DNA of 64,000 nucleotides from Saccostrea cucullata (taxonomy: Eukaryota): contig NW_026932110.1 of NCBI RefSeq assembly GCF_032062105.1, positions 62,001 through 126,000 of the forward strand, given 5' to 3'. Shown here piece after piece: positions 1-13,617 of this stretch. The position numbers and the translations under genes were made by a program. Every line of letters starts with the position of its first letter. Positions within the stretch are counted from its first letter, which is position 1. The notes below the pieces were generated by a model. It saw only the letters and a list, made by a program, of their open reading frames with translations, was not told where the DNA came from and made no database searches.

Positions 1-430
1 GCAAATTCAACGTGTATCAAAAGGTATTGCTACGGTAAAAGTTTTTTTTAAAGTAGGTCAAACTCCAAGGCCAACAAAGTTGTTTTTATTTAAAGGAGGG
101 TCTGGTCACAAGGATTACATATGTGAAATATGAAAGCGCTAGCACCAACTGTTCAAAAGATATGACCAAGGTTTAAATTGGGTAAAATTTTGCAAAACTA
201 GGTCAGACTCCAAGATCAAGGTCAAAAAGTCGAATTATGTGTTGCCCTAGTCCCTAAAAAAGATCATGTCACAAGGAATACACATGTGAAATATGAAATA
301 GCCTCAACCAATCAAAAGTTATGGGTAAGTTTATTTCAAAGTTTTTGCGGACTAACAGATTAACATTTCGGGCAGACGGACCGACAAGGCAAAAAATATA
401 TATACCCCCGGATCTTCGATTACGGGGCAT
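1..430. mobile_element. Partial non-autonomous Helentron/HINE-like element
   Basis: Repeated aaggtcaa/gtcacaagg motifs, a GACG microsatellite remnant and a terminal hairpin (cccccggatcttcgattacgggg); related in reverse complement to the element at ~48965-49690. Confidence 0.6.
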
Positions 431-956
431 AAAATTAAGAAAATTGGCCAAACTCGAAAATCCTATTTCATAGAGGAGGTGGGGGTGGTAGGAAGGGGGG
501 GGGTTAGGTTTCAATTTTTAAAGTCAAACATACTAAATTACCCTTATTTGACTTTACTTCAAGAAAAAGTGGGGGGAGTGGGCTTTCAGTGACAGTGAGA
601 GGATACGTGCCTGTTAAAAGAATTAGTAGTTAAATGGAAAATATAAATAGTTTTACCATCTTCAATTTTCTAGAACAGAAAAAATATGCTTTCTTTCAAA
701 TTTTACTTTGTATTAATCTGATTAATTAATATTTAAAAAAAATGAAGTTAAGTTCAATTGATTATATCTATACAATATAGTATCAGTATTAAATCTTATT
801 ACCTACTTTAGTTTGCTCATTCAATTTCCGGTTAGTCTAGTCTTATCTACATGACAACACAAATTCGTGAATTACAGGAGGACGGCAGACGAGAAACAGA
901 TTCAGTGTTGATTCAGCCATTTTAATGAATAGAAGCTAACATAAATCTGATTCAAG

Positions 957-3900
957 ATGGAGTCAATTCACAATCGGTTAAGAATACAGAACATAGCAGA
1001 CGAAGCAAAACGGAAGAAGGTAGGGAAATTATAACGAAGCCAAGAGGAGGACTCGAAATTCCTCGTAAACGTAGAATATATATAGAACGGTAGACAACCG
1101 CGTTCTTGACCTAGATAGCTAGGGAATATATACAGTACTCATAAACATGTATGATACTGCTATTTTATGCATGTTTTATCAAATGACAATTTCAGCACAT
1201 TTAGTTCAGCTAGAGTTAAAATAGCCCATACTTTTCATCTTTTTACATATTTTTACATTAATGCTTATGAAAAAATGCCACAGCTGTATATATTTCTTTT
1301 TTTTTTAACTATTGCAATTGATTTGTAGGTGGAAGAGATTCTGAAACCGTTGATTCTGAATGATGCGGCCATACAAAAGTTAATGGATACATTTGAAGAC
1401 CAGATTTCCCTCGCTAATACAATGGACCCCGAAAAAAGAAAACAGTCGAATTTGCTATGGGAGTGTACTTATGTACGACATCTTCTAAAGGGGAATGGTA
1501 ATAATTACTTCGACATCTGAAGATAAAAAAACACGGTTAGAAATAACAATAGGAAAATAACTTTCGGATGACTCATTTCTATGCATCGTCACAAACCACA
1601 GCCAAAATGTAAGATCCTCTCCCATTCGATAAGCGGACTCCGAACCGTGGCTTGAGACGATGATTCTTTCGGCATGCAAGCCGAACTGCAGATATCTCAC
1701 AGGTTTCAACTTAAAATGTTTTATTATGTAGAGAACGTTTTTTATACAAGTCTAGATCAATATTATGTAGAGAACGGTGATTACAAACGTTTAAATGTGT
1801 ATTGAACGCTGAATATTATGTAGAGAACGGTGATTACAAACGTTTAGATGTGTATTGAACGCTGAATACAACCGTTAAGATGTGTTTAATATGTAGGAAC
1901 GCTGAACAATCGTCTAGATCTGTATGTAGAGAACGGTGATTACAAACGTTTAGATGTGTATTGAAGGCTGAATACAACCGTTAAGATGTGTTTTATATGT
2001 AGGAACGCTGAACAACCGTCTAGGTCTGTATTATGTACAGAACGCTGAATACAGACGTTTAGATGTGTATTGAAGGCTGAATACAACCGTTAAGATGTGT
2101 TTTATATGTAGAAGAACCATCTAGGATTACTGAAAACATGTGTAGATGAATACAACCGTAATATATGCACAGAAAACGCTGAACAACCGTCTAGATCTGT
2201 ATTATGTAGAGAACGCTGAATACAGACGTTTAGATGTGTAAACAAACGTTTAGATGTGAATTTTGTAGAGAACGCTGAATACAACCGTCTAGATCTGTAT
2301 TATATAGAGAACGCTGAAAACAACCGTCTAGATCTGTATTATATAGAAAACGCTGAATACAAACGTTTAGATGTGAATTTTGCAGAGAACGCCGAATAAA
2401 ACCGTCTAGGTCTGTATTATATAGAGAACGCTGAATACAAACGTTTTGATATGTATTATGTAGAGAACGCTGGTGACAAACGTTTAGATCGGTATCACCG
2501 TATGTAGAGATCGTTGGTTACAAAGGTATAGATCTGTATTATGTATAGAGAACGCTGATTACAAACGTTTTGATCAGTATTTTTTTCGGCGATAATATAG
2601 GTCTTGATTTATATTCTATAGAGAACGGCGAAAACATTCGTCCAAATTTGTATTATGTAGAGAACAGTGACTACATCTGTCCATAACTGTATTACATGTA
2701 TGTAAACATGGTAAAAAAAGTTATATCTGTCAATATCTGTATTAAGATTTTTTTGATTACATCCGTCAAGATGCGTATCATATAGAAAATGCTGATTACA
2801 ACCGTCTAGATCTGTATTATGTGTATGTAAAGAAAGGTGATTACAGCCGTCAAGATTTGTATTATGTAGAGAAAGATGATTTATCCATGTAAACCAGTAT
2901 GATGAGAACATTACTTATAAACATCTGCGTGGCTCCATCCTTAGCTGGATCCTCCTTCATTTGCTGTTTCGGCGCTGTCCACTACAGCTCCAGAGGTGCG
3001 CTGACTGGGGTGATCAAGTCCCAGCCTGGAACCACTTGGCTCTACATCACTGCTTTCTATTTTACTGTCTATCTCACTGCTGTTTATAAACATCACTGCT
3101 GTTCTACTTTACTGTCTATCTCACTACTGTTTATTGTCTTTCCACTTCTCTACTCTTCTTCTCCACAACCACATGGACGCCGAATCCGTCTCCCTGCACA
3201 GACTCCCTATTAATGTCATTCTTTCTGCTCCCGTTATGCCAAAGGCTCTCAGTGCTCTCCACATAGACTGCCCCATGAATCCTCTACAAACCACTTCCAC
3301 TGCAAAAAACAGACCTTCCATTCATACTGCTGACAATCCTTCAGAAGGTCTTGGTACTTAAGATTCTTCCTTTCATACGCATCCTCCATGCTATCCTCTA
3401 ATGGCGCTGTTAATTCCAAAATAATTGTCTGTCTTGTAGCCACTGACTAAATACATGACTACTATCTGGCCTCTTGTTATTAGTTTGGCCAGATGAAAAT
3501 ACTAAACTTTCCTTGAGGTCTGCCCTCATCTCCCAATCTGTTGCTGTTCCACAGCAGGCCACTCCTTTCAGCACTAACTTTATGTCCTTTTTCACCTTCT
3601 TTCACAAGGTTGACAAATCTCAGGCCCTCTGTACTCTTTGGCTTTTTGATACCCTTCTCAAAGATGTCAGATTTACTGCTTAGGACTCTATCATGTCTCG
3701 AAGTGTATCTCCCATCTTTCAAAGCCTTTGAGCATGTTGATAATATGTTATGTTATTATGTAGAGAACGGTAATGACATCTGACTAATCAGATTTATGTA
3801 GAGAACGGTGATTACATCTGTCTACGTATATATTACATGTATGTAAAGGACGGTGATTACATAGGCCAAGATCTTTATTGTGTAAGAATTGTGATTAAAT

Positions 3901-6900
3901 AGACCAAGATCTTTATTGTGTAAGAATTGTGATTAAATAGACCAAGATCTTTATTGTGTAAGAATTGTGATTAAATAGGCCGAGATCTGTATTGTGTAGA
4001 GAATTGTGATTAAATTGTAAATATGACTAGATCTGTATTGTGTAGAGAACATTTATTACAAACAGTGTAGGTCTAAATCTGTATTATGTAGAGATTGGTG
4101 ATTCAATATGATTAGATCTGTATTATGTAGAGATTGGTGATTCAATATGATTAGATCTGTATTATGCATGGAACAGTGATTGAATACTAGTAGGTCCAGA
4201 TCTTTATTATGTAGAGTATGGTGATTAAACAAATCTAGATGTGTGTTGTGTAGAGAATGTGCATACATCCGCTTAGATGTCTATTATGTCGAGAATTGTG
4301 TCTATATCAATATTTTGCAGAAATCACTCATTACGTCCGTTTAGATCTCTGAAATTGTAGAGAACAGATACGACATCGGTTTAACTCTGTAATTCTGTAT
4401 GGTTAAAATAGCAGTGTTGATCTCTATTTTGTAGAGAATGATAATTATATCTAGTCTAGATTTCTGTATTGTTCTGTTGGGAACGACGATTTTATTGTAT
4501 ATAAGTCTTTTTTCTGAAAAGGATGCCGAAGACATCTGTAGTGGTCTTTATTCTGTAGAGAATGGTGATTACATCGGTGTAGATCTTTGTACTGCTTTGT
4601 AGAGAACAGTGATTAAGATGATTACACCGGGTTGGATCTTGTAACATATCATTCAAGCGAAAGGTTATTTTTTCTTTGTCTTATTTTCTGTAGAGAACGG
4701 TGATTACATTGGTCTAGATCTTGGTGGAACAAACTTCCGGGTTGTCAGAGTTGTGATGAAAAACGGGATAGCTAACACGACCACGAAGTATTACAACTTA
4801 GACGAACAGCTTCTGTCGGGTCCTTGTAAATATGTATGTATGACTAGTTCCAGAGGCAGAAGATAAAATAACTTATTTAAGGACTTATTTTTCAGTTATG
4901 ATTTCTAGTTTTCTACATTGTACTAGGTGTTTGATCATATAGCTGAGAGTTTGGAACGGTTTTTACGAGAAGAAAATATCACCACTCCTCTGCCTGTTGG
5001 TAAGCGGCCTATGTATTTGCTCACTGTTTTAAATATCCTTGCTCTCATCATATTCCTTCAAAATCGGATTTAATATGATTCTGAGTAGATCCTTACGATT
5101 TTTATGTAAAAAACGTTTTTTGAGTTTTCCCTCCACATTCACGTTTGTTTGCATTTATTGAGTTACAAGTTTATCGTTAAAAATGCCAATATATATATCT
5201 TTTATCTATTTATCGCTTGATACTATTACCATGTATATCATTAAATTTATCGTTTTGTATTTGCTATTGAAAACTCTTACTTATTAAGCCGTAGAATGTG
5301 CCTCATTTCAGACAAACGTCATTTGTTACGACTATATAACCATAAATTGGTTAATTTTTTAAACATAAAATGAAATATAAAAAAAACCACCTGCATTGGA
5401 TGTGTTAACTATATACAGGTTTCACGTTTTCCTTCCCCTCTGATCAGAAGTCCTTAAAACACAGCATCCTTCTAACTTGGACCAAATCCTTCAAATGTCC
5501 AGATGGACCTGGGCTGGACGCTTGTGTTCTGTTGGAAGAAGCTATTGCCAGGAGAAAGGTTAATGGTTAAGAAAAGTCCTTTACCTTAAAAGATCTTTCT
5601 TATGGGAACTCAAGAAAAGAAAGAAGGAAATATTCACAATACTCTGCCTGGAAATTTTCATTGTTTAATATTATCGTCATCATTTGTAAGGTTCTTGCGC
5701 TTGTATGATCTGCAAATCGGTGTTTTTGAAAGATGAAAGAGAGTATTTTTATAAGTGGACTTTTCTGATTTGTTGATATTTTAGTAAAAGAAAGAGAATC
5801 TTATGACACCTTTATCAAGAGTAAAATATTAATTTGATAGGACAGTATGCCAGTAGAGCTGGATGTGATGGCAAGAATCAGTGATACCACCGGGGCCTTA
5901 ATGGCAGGGAACTACGTGGACAAAAATTGTCGAATTGGAGTGATTCTGGGTATGTGAATGCACACCCTGAAAGTGAAATACGTGTATTAATTAAGGGTTT
6001 GTTCAAAGATAAGATTTTGTTTTATATAATTTTTAGGTACTGGTTCAAATGCCTGTTTCGTGGAACATCTGGAAAACTATAACAAATTCAAATCAACTGA
6101 TCCAGATACAAAGCAGGTACATCTGGCATTTACATTTGTTATCATTATTCTAAAGGAAATACATTTACAGTTTTATTATTAGTTCAGTATCTTTTGTAGA
6201 TATTGGTGAATGTGGAATGGGGAGCGTTTGGTGACAATGGATGCTTAGATTTTTGTAGAAATGAATATGAAAAAGAGGTAGATTTACATTCAAATCATCC
6301 ACATTCATATACGTGAGTATTATTATTTATGAAGGTTCATGCTCTTTTTATCTGTAGTTTCAATGTGTTATATTTTGTATTTTAGAGTAAATTTAAAGGT
6401 TTAGATTTAATGCATGGGCTTTTGGTCTTTAATATAATTTTCTCTTTTAATTCAGATTTGAGAAATCATTTGGAGGGTTGTATCTTGGGGAGCAGGTGCG
6501 ATTGCCGCTCATCAAGCTTATAGAGGGAGGATGTCTATTTAATGGAAAGTCATCCCCAGAGCTGATAAAAAGATGGGGGTTTACTACTTCCAATGTCACA
6601 TCTATTGAAGAGTAATGATTGTAAATCGCATTTAATTCACAAGGATTCTATTTCCTTTGCAAATATGCAGGACACTTAGCTTGCAAAAAATACTCGGGTG
6701 TTTTAATATTAAAATAAATAATATTGAACAGTTATGATAATACTGTTATAAAAAATTAATATATTATCTCGCAAGACTTTGGCGATCTACAACATTTATC
6801 ATGGTTAATCAATTTAAATTTGACATTTTAATTAATGAATAAAAAATGCTAAATATTTTTAAAATTTAAATGAAAAAAAAAATTAGAGAGGGGAAGAGAG

Positions 6901-8450
6901 AAAAAAAGAGAATTCTCTATTTCATAAACAACTGTAATATAAAGATGTGACGACAGGTTCTTTGAATATTCGTTCTTTGTAATATAAAAAAAGTTCTTTA
7001 GTAATTTTGTTATCTTGTTCCTTGTAACCAGTTTTCAAATGTAATGAAAAATTAAACAAATTTGTGAAATCAGCAATTTATTTTGACAATCATTTAAAAC
7101 ATTTTATTAAAAAAAAACTTGACCTTCAAATAAAATACCGGTATTACTTTTAAAATGTGATTTTAAACAGAATGGCAATGGAAAATTATATTTTACCTTC
7201 AGTGTTTGCAGAACTACTTTATGCATACTACTTTAACAAATATACAATATCTTATATTATATGGAAAATTAATGTCTTACATGAATTAGTATTAGTATTT
7301 ATCTGTTTATAATGTCACAGAGAAAGAATAGCCTTTATATTACAGAGACAATGAGACTTCGGAGAGAACCTGGTCCGTCCTGCAGGCCTTTGGTTTGGCA
7401 GACATAGCAACAGAGGAGGATGTATCACTGGTGAGAGAGGTCTGTGCCATTGTGTCGGAGAGGGGGGCCAAAATAGTGGCAGCTGGTAAGGACCATCAAT
7501 AAAAGTTTATAGTGCTTACAAAATATCTGACTACAAGTATATACCTTGATACATGTAGTTCTTAATTAAGCATCCTTTCTATTTTTCACCAGTATTAGCT
7601 GTTCTTTTGAACCATATAAACTTGCCTGAAGTGACGATAGCCTTTGATGGATCTTTGTATGAGAAGCATCCAAAGTATAGGGTCCACATAGCAGATCTAT
7701 TAGCAAAACTAGTCCCAACCACAAAGGTATGTTTAAATACATGTTTGTTAGTCAAATAAGACAAAATGCACTTCAGCTATATTAGATCTTGTTTCTATAT
7801 TGGTTCACTGCACAATTACTGAGACAACGATAGAATTTTTTTTTTTTAAAAATCATAAAACATACATTTGTCTTCCTTAATAAGAGGAAAATAGCAGTGA
7901 TATGTCTGGTACAATGCCCCGTAATTTGAAAAGGAAAAATCAAAACATGTATAAAATCTGATTTCATATTAACTCGTACTTATCATCTTTTTCTTAATGC
8001 ACCTCTACAAAATGTTGAGCGGAGAAATCAGAAACCCTAGATTTGGGAGAATGTCCAGATACGAATTAGGAACAAACTGACATATATTAGGAAGTAGATT
8101 TTAAACTAAGTCAATAATTTGATGACTTTTTATCACAATAAGTATATTTTGTGAAAGAAGAAAAAATTAAAATTGTATAACAAACATCCATATTTTGAGT
8201 AGATAAAACGAAACACAGTATCTCGTCACATTCATTATAACAGTTTATATTTGTATACATGTATATATTAACCAAAGTAATGCCTTTAGATTTTTGATAG
8301 AAATCTGTTCACCGAAAAATATTTTTAAACCAACGAAGAGAATACAATACGGTCATTTTTTTTTTTCTCCAGACAAAGTTGATTTTAGTAAAAGACGGAA
8401 GCGGGCAGGGAGCAGCATTTGTGGCCGCCGTAGAATACAAACAGCCTTAA
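957..8450 (+). CDS. HK: Hexokinase, single ~50 kDa domain, 12 coding exons, ~464 aa (copy 1, intact)
   Basis: Exons 957-1019, 1329-1497, 4694-4833, 4927-4999, 5419-5558, 5841-5949, 6037-6116, 6200-6312, 6456-6611, 7346-7485, 7593-7726, 8373-8450, all GT-AG and summing to 1395 nt in frame. Motifs LDLGGTNFRV, GFTFSFP, WTKSF, SDTTG, VILGTGSNAC, NVEWGAFGD, FEKSFGGLYLGE, DGSLY, DGSGQGAA. Confidence 0.95.
1725..2900 (+). repeat. ~39-bp degenerate minisatellite derived from the hexokinase exon-3 acceptor (5' block)
   Basis: Unit ~tattatgtagagaacg(g/c)tga(t/a)tacaaccgtctagatctg; period 39 (2281 to 2320); matches the junction tgtag|agaacggtgattacattggtctagatct at 4689-4721. Confidence 0.9.
2915..3750 (-). 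mobile_element. 5'-truncated, frameshifted non-LTR retrotransposon with restriction-like endonuclease (R2 group, HERO-like)
   Basis: Minus-strand fragments join into DGRYTSRHDRVL...RPD...IILELTAPLED...AYERKNLKY...FAVEVVCRGF...SMWLWRRR, the typical RHD / PD..E..K C-terminus of REL-encoding LINEs. Confidence 0.85.
3750..4640 (+). repeat. ~39-bp acceptor-derived minisatellite (3' block)
   Basis: Repeated tgtagagaa(c/t)(g/t)gtgatt...agatct units; a near-perfect exon-3 start at ~4551-4590 reads ENGDYIGVDL. Confidence 0.85.
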
Positions 8451-8682
8451 AGAACCAAGGAAACAAACGAAGGAAATACATGACAATTGACTAGAAAGAT
8501 ACAACTTTAGGAAATAAAATGTTGTTGACTGTAGAACAACTGCTCTTGGAATAGTCAAGGGAAAACAAACAAAATGTTTGCGAATGCTGACGAAGACAAT
8601 ATTAGATACTCGGAAGTAAATCATAAAGTCTTTGAATAATATCAGTGAAGATGACTGAAGAAGAAACACTCTTAACATAATT

Positions 8683-9016
8683 ACCGAACTGTGCAATTCC
8701 TTCAAAGTTACTGAACTGTGCAATTCCTTCAAAGTTACTGAACTATGTAATCCTTCAAAGTTACTGAATTGTATAATCCTTCAAAGTTACTGAATTGTGT
8801 AATCCTTCAAAGTTACTGAACTGTGTAATCCTTCAAAGTTACTGAATTGTGTAATCCTTCAGAATTACTGAATTGTGAAATCCTTCAAAGTTACTGAATT
8901 GTGTAATCCTTCAGAATTGCTGAATTGTGAAATCCTTCAAAGTTACTGAACTCTATAATCCTTCAGTTATTAAACTGTGCAATCCTTCACAGTTACTGTA
9001 CTGTGTAATCCTTCAA
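8683..9016 (+). repeat. 26-bp minisatellite downstream of the hexokinase stop (probable 3' UTR)
   Basis: Unit aatccttcaaagttactgaattgtgt, period 26 (8761 to 8787), about 12 copies. Confidence 0.95.
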
Positions 9017-11003
9017 AAGAGAAATGTCAAAAAACCAAAGAATTTCTTGTTTTATTATAAAAATAAATGAGTTATGTTGTTTTATAAGAAAAACGCACAA
9101 CATTAGTTACAAAGGGTTATTTCTGATTTTTGCAGTTGTCTTTGGCTTGTGGTTCTGTATTGCCAGTAATCATATTAACATGCATACAGTCCGATGGACC
9201 AATTAATGTCACAGTTCAAATATCACTTTTACTTGTAATTTATTCGCATGAAGTATTTTACTGCCGCTCGTTTACTCACTTCTTCAGAATCAACCTAATA
9301 ACACGTCATTTCTGGAAAACAAATAAAAAAATAAAGGCTTGTTCCTTGATAGACACAAGATTACAAAAACATTGTTTTCACTGTAAGGATGATAGATTAC
9401 AGGTGTTGGCTTGGCACGTGAGAATGGCTTATATTCGCTATTGCTGGATAATAAGAGGAAAAACAAACACGTGACGTAAAATTCACATTCAACGAAATTC
9501 CACAAATAAATGAATTTGTGATAATTGTCTTATCTAATCGTAGATCCGCCCCCGAGTTTATAGATGATGCATGAAATCAGACGTGGGACTGTCAAAGTCC
9601 GAGCACTCACCTCATCAGATAACAAAGGCAGAATCACAGGTAAATATTGTGCTGTCAAAATCCACCAGGTAATTGTTGTCTTTTAAGTTCACTATAGTGT
9701 AAACATCAAAGCTTAAACGTTTGTTAATTTTGTTAAATGAAAGATTGACGTTTACAGGTAATTATTTTAGATAATTTGAAGCATTGTACATTTTATTTGG
9801 CTGTCTCGAAAAATTATTTCATGCTTACGAAATAAAGACGTCCGAACGGTACATATATGTGTTTGTCACATTTTTTTGTATGATATACAGCATAATAAAA
9901 AATCTACTTAACACACTTCTGAAATTTTCATTGTGCTGAATTTTACCGATATATTTTTTTATTTTTTTTTTCCGTTTTCAATTTAAGGACAAGATGATAA
10001 AGCGGGCGATTATCCTCACGGTCTTTCATGTATTGGTGATAAATGCAGGTACAATATTCAAGTTACTTAAATTAATTACAATAGATTTTGTTTGTGTAAA
10101 ATTAATTTTTTGATTCTCGTTTTTATACCCTATTAGGTCGGTACCAACAGTAAATACAGGATGAAAATCAGTGTGTACAAATATGCAATATAATGAATAT
10201 TTTTCCCTTTGATTAGCGGAAGCTTTGTCAAGACAAAAACGGGTGATAGGTGGAAAAATGGCGGGAGACGGTGAATGGCCGTGGTTGGTCAGTTTGCACG
10301 GAGAAATTGTCACCAAAAGACTGTTTGGTTTTATTCCTATCGCCCACAAACATTTGGTGTGTGGCGGATCTGTCTTAAATGACCGGTGGATACTTACAGC
10401 AGCACATTGTTTTTACGACAGGTCAGATCACGCTTAATACCTGAAAACAGAACATTGTTTCATAATTCAACTAACTGACAAACCCTTTTACTTTTTATCA
10501 AATATATATCTGTTGACTGTTTTTTTTTTCAAAAAAGATAGCACTAAAAGAGATAACTTTTTCACTTAGAGAGATATTTCTTCCTTTGAAACACACCTCT
10601 TTTTCTTGAAACATATCTCTTTCGCTAAGGGAGATATCTCTTTTTGAAAATTTTAAGAGATATTTCTCTTAATTAGAGATATCTCTTAAAGTTGATAAAG
10701 AGAAATTTATTAGCATTAAAAATATCTCTCTAATTTTATGATACATCTCTCTAACTTAAAGATTTATCTTTCCAATTTTATAAATCGTTCTAACTTAAAG
10801 ATATATCTTTTCAATTTTATGATACATCTCTCTAGCTTAAAAAGATATTTTTCCAATTTTATGATACATCTCTCTAGCTTAAAGAGATTTCTAGCAAAAA
10901 GTGGTATCACTCTTGGTAAAAGAGACAACTCTAAACGTTAAATAGAAACTTTTTAAGGTAAGAAGTTATCTCTCTATGCTTAATAGACATCTCTTTTAGT
11001 TAA

Positions 11004-12101
11004 AGGTGTTTGGACACAGATTTGAAGTTAATATTTTCTTAAATTTTCGGTATATTTTTATGACTTTATGTTTCTAAAGCAGTTCACATTCACAGGGAAA
11101 TATAATTTTAAAAATCCCTTACTTTAGATGGAAATTATTCAAACTTCGAATTTCGGTTTGATTGACACATCTTTGCACATATACAAAATAAAAATTATCA
11201 GTAATAATTATAGAAAATTAGAAATTTTGTTGTGTATTGATGAAAAATATTTAACTATATCCTGAAAAAAGAGTAGAAATTTGAAAAAGCAAAAGCAAGT
11301 CACCAGTATTGTCAATCCATGGTCAGTAATGTGTTTAGAGTTTAACAACTTGATTTCATCCTTGAAACTTCAACTGTTTTTGTATAAACAGGGCACGAGC
11401 TCTGTTAATGTTTACGTTTCACTGGATGTGTTCAATTTGTTAAATTCTGCACACATCAATGAGCATGGACTAATATTACTAGAATGTTGGTTTTACTTTC
11501 TTACATTTCTATTTTAAATTTTCTTGATTACAGTTTGACTATATTTCATTAATACACAATTTTTTTTTTACTTTTCTTAAGTAATGAGGATAAGGTTTGC
11601 CCTATGCAAGTATGTATGAATCATGCAAATGCATCCCGATATATATAGAATCTCACATGATTTGTAGTTGGATATGACTTTTATCTAACGAGTTGTGTGG
11701 TTTTTATCCCCGAGCCTTGGCGAGGGGATAAAAACACACAACGAGTTGGATAAAAAATCATATCCAACTACAAATCTTGTGAGATTCTTTTTATCCCATG
11801 TTTTTTACACCACGAACAATGTTTGACACTGTTTTTATATAGGACTCCATTTCATTTTACTTCATCACTCTAACGCAAAATCCATTGTGACGTCACAACT
11901 GTGTGATATGAAAACGATATCACATGAGCTATATCAATGGGATAAAGGGTTAAACATGGGATAAAAGTCGTTTCTATATTTTCCAGTTGAAGAAAGTTTT
12001 TTTTAAATTATATTTTGCTATGAAATGCTATAGCAATATAAAAGTCGTGATTTATACCGAAAATTTTAAAACATTAATTTTAAATCTCTGTCCAAGCACC
12101 T
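11004..12101. mobile_element. Kolobok-like MITE with TTAA target duplication
   Basis: TTAA-aggtgtttggacacagattt ... aaatctctgtccaagcacct-TTAA; purine-purine termini. Confidence 0.8.
11647..11788. mobile_element. Foldback element with CGAG-hairpin-CGAGG core (possibly Crypton-type), nested in the Kolobok-like MITE
   Basis: ~60-bp inverted arms around ccccgagccttggcgagggg. Confidence 0.65.
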
Positions 12102-12302
12102 TTAAAGAGGTTATAACATTTTACTAAATGTAAAATGTAGTACACATTCATCTCTCCCTGCAATATAATCTTATTTTTCGAATAAAAAAGGAGGGCTTTC
12201 CGTAAACACATTTTTGTTGCATTATTAAAATAATCTAGTGTATTTTTTTCACGAAAAGATCTTCCGGGCGGTCTACAGTTATATCTAACGTGTGTGTGCA
12301 TG

Positions 12303-13296
12303 TACGAGGGTTGTCCCGTAAAATCGTGGACAAAGCGTTTTTCTCGAAAAGTAATGGGCGCACAAAGCTGAAAATTTCAGTAAATGTTTATTTATCATAT
12401 TTAAGTGCATAATTTTTTTTGATAAAATATAGCAAAAATAAAGATTTTATTATGCTTGAATGTGCACGGGGTATTGTCCTACGGCGCACGGTCAAAAAAC
12501 CAAGGTTTTATTTAAGAATACACAAGTTTGAATTCAAAATTAAAGTTTTAAATACATAAAATTTGGATTAAAATTATCCTAATTCAATTTCACAATCAAT
12601 TTTGTAGTCTTTGTAAAAATTTTAAGGCATTTGGTTAATTTTTGGCAGTTTCTCGAGCATTCGAAATGGGAAATTTGAAAAATACGTTTTATGACTACGG
12701 CGCACCGGAGAACAGTTCAGTTTTATTTCGATGTTGTAATGACACCTTTAGAGACCTGAAATGACCATAGAAGAAAAAAGATTATAAAAATATCACCATA
12801 TTTAAGTATATAAATGAAATAAGTTTTCTTAGCGAAGTTTTTTTTGATCGAGCCCCATACAAAATGACAAACTCTAATGTACATGTAATCAAAAAGACGC
12901 TGTCAATAGACAGCCGATATGATTTTTCTATTAGTTGAATGATGGTGAGAATATTGTCCGTAACTTACTAATAAATCCAGAAACACACACTTCAGCTGTT
13001 TATGGAGACTAAAGAATGTGTATCAATGAAAAAAGTTAATCGGACTCATCCAACTTCATTTTTCAGCAAAGAGAAAACGTGACGCTGTTTTAGACACTTT
13101 GACGTTATAATCCATGCGCCGTAAGGTGATACAATACATGGCATAAAATCTCATAATATGTTTATTTATGCATATATTTATCGTGTGTGTATATTACTAA
13201 AATATGTACTAAATGATAGTGAAAATTTCAGAACGCAGTGATGTTTATTTTTCACACTAGACAACTTGTCCACGATTTTACGGGACAACCCTCGTA
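12303..13296. mobile_element. Non-autonomous TIR element with TACGAGGG termini
   Basis: Perfect ~30-bp TIR tacgagggttgtcccgtaaaatcgtggaca / tgtccacgattttacgggacaaccctcgta; subterminal cggcgcac motifs. Confidence 0.9.
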
Positions 13297-13617
13297 GATT
13301 GACAAATTGGAATGATTATACAATAGTCTATGACACTCGTCAAATACAAATAAATATTTCTGCTTTCCTGTTTTTATATGGTAGAAATGGTGGGTCAGAA
13401 AAACGCAAGGCATCAAATTGGGAGGCAAAACTAGCCTCTGCTTCTTTAAAATCAAACCCAATAGAAAAGATTAAAAATTTCCTGGGGAAGTTGTTTGATA
13501 AAGAATCCTGGCGATATTGGGAGGTGGACGTGGAACGGATTGTACTTCATCCTGGGTACAACAACCAAAGTAAGATACTGAGCTAGTGAGATCATGCTAT
13601 GATTTGAAGCTTATATA

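Noticed and set aside
2102-4268. Minus-strand ORFs with HNTDLD repeats
   Set aside because: Translations of the minisatellite, short and interrupted, with no splice support.
1725-4640. Regular ~39-bp repeats as a CRISPR-like array
   Set aside because: Units are head-to-tail with no unique spacers, the context is eukaryotic, no cas genes are present, and the unit derives from the host exon junction.
10530-11000. agagatatctct-rich region as a coding or regulatory unit
   Set aside because: Low-complexity degenerate repeat; the ORF at 10738 is only its translation.
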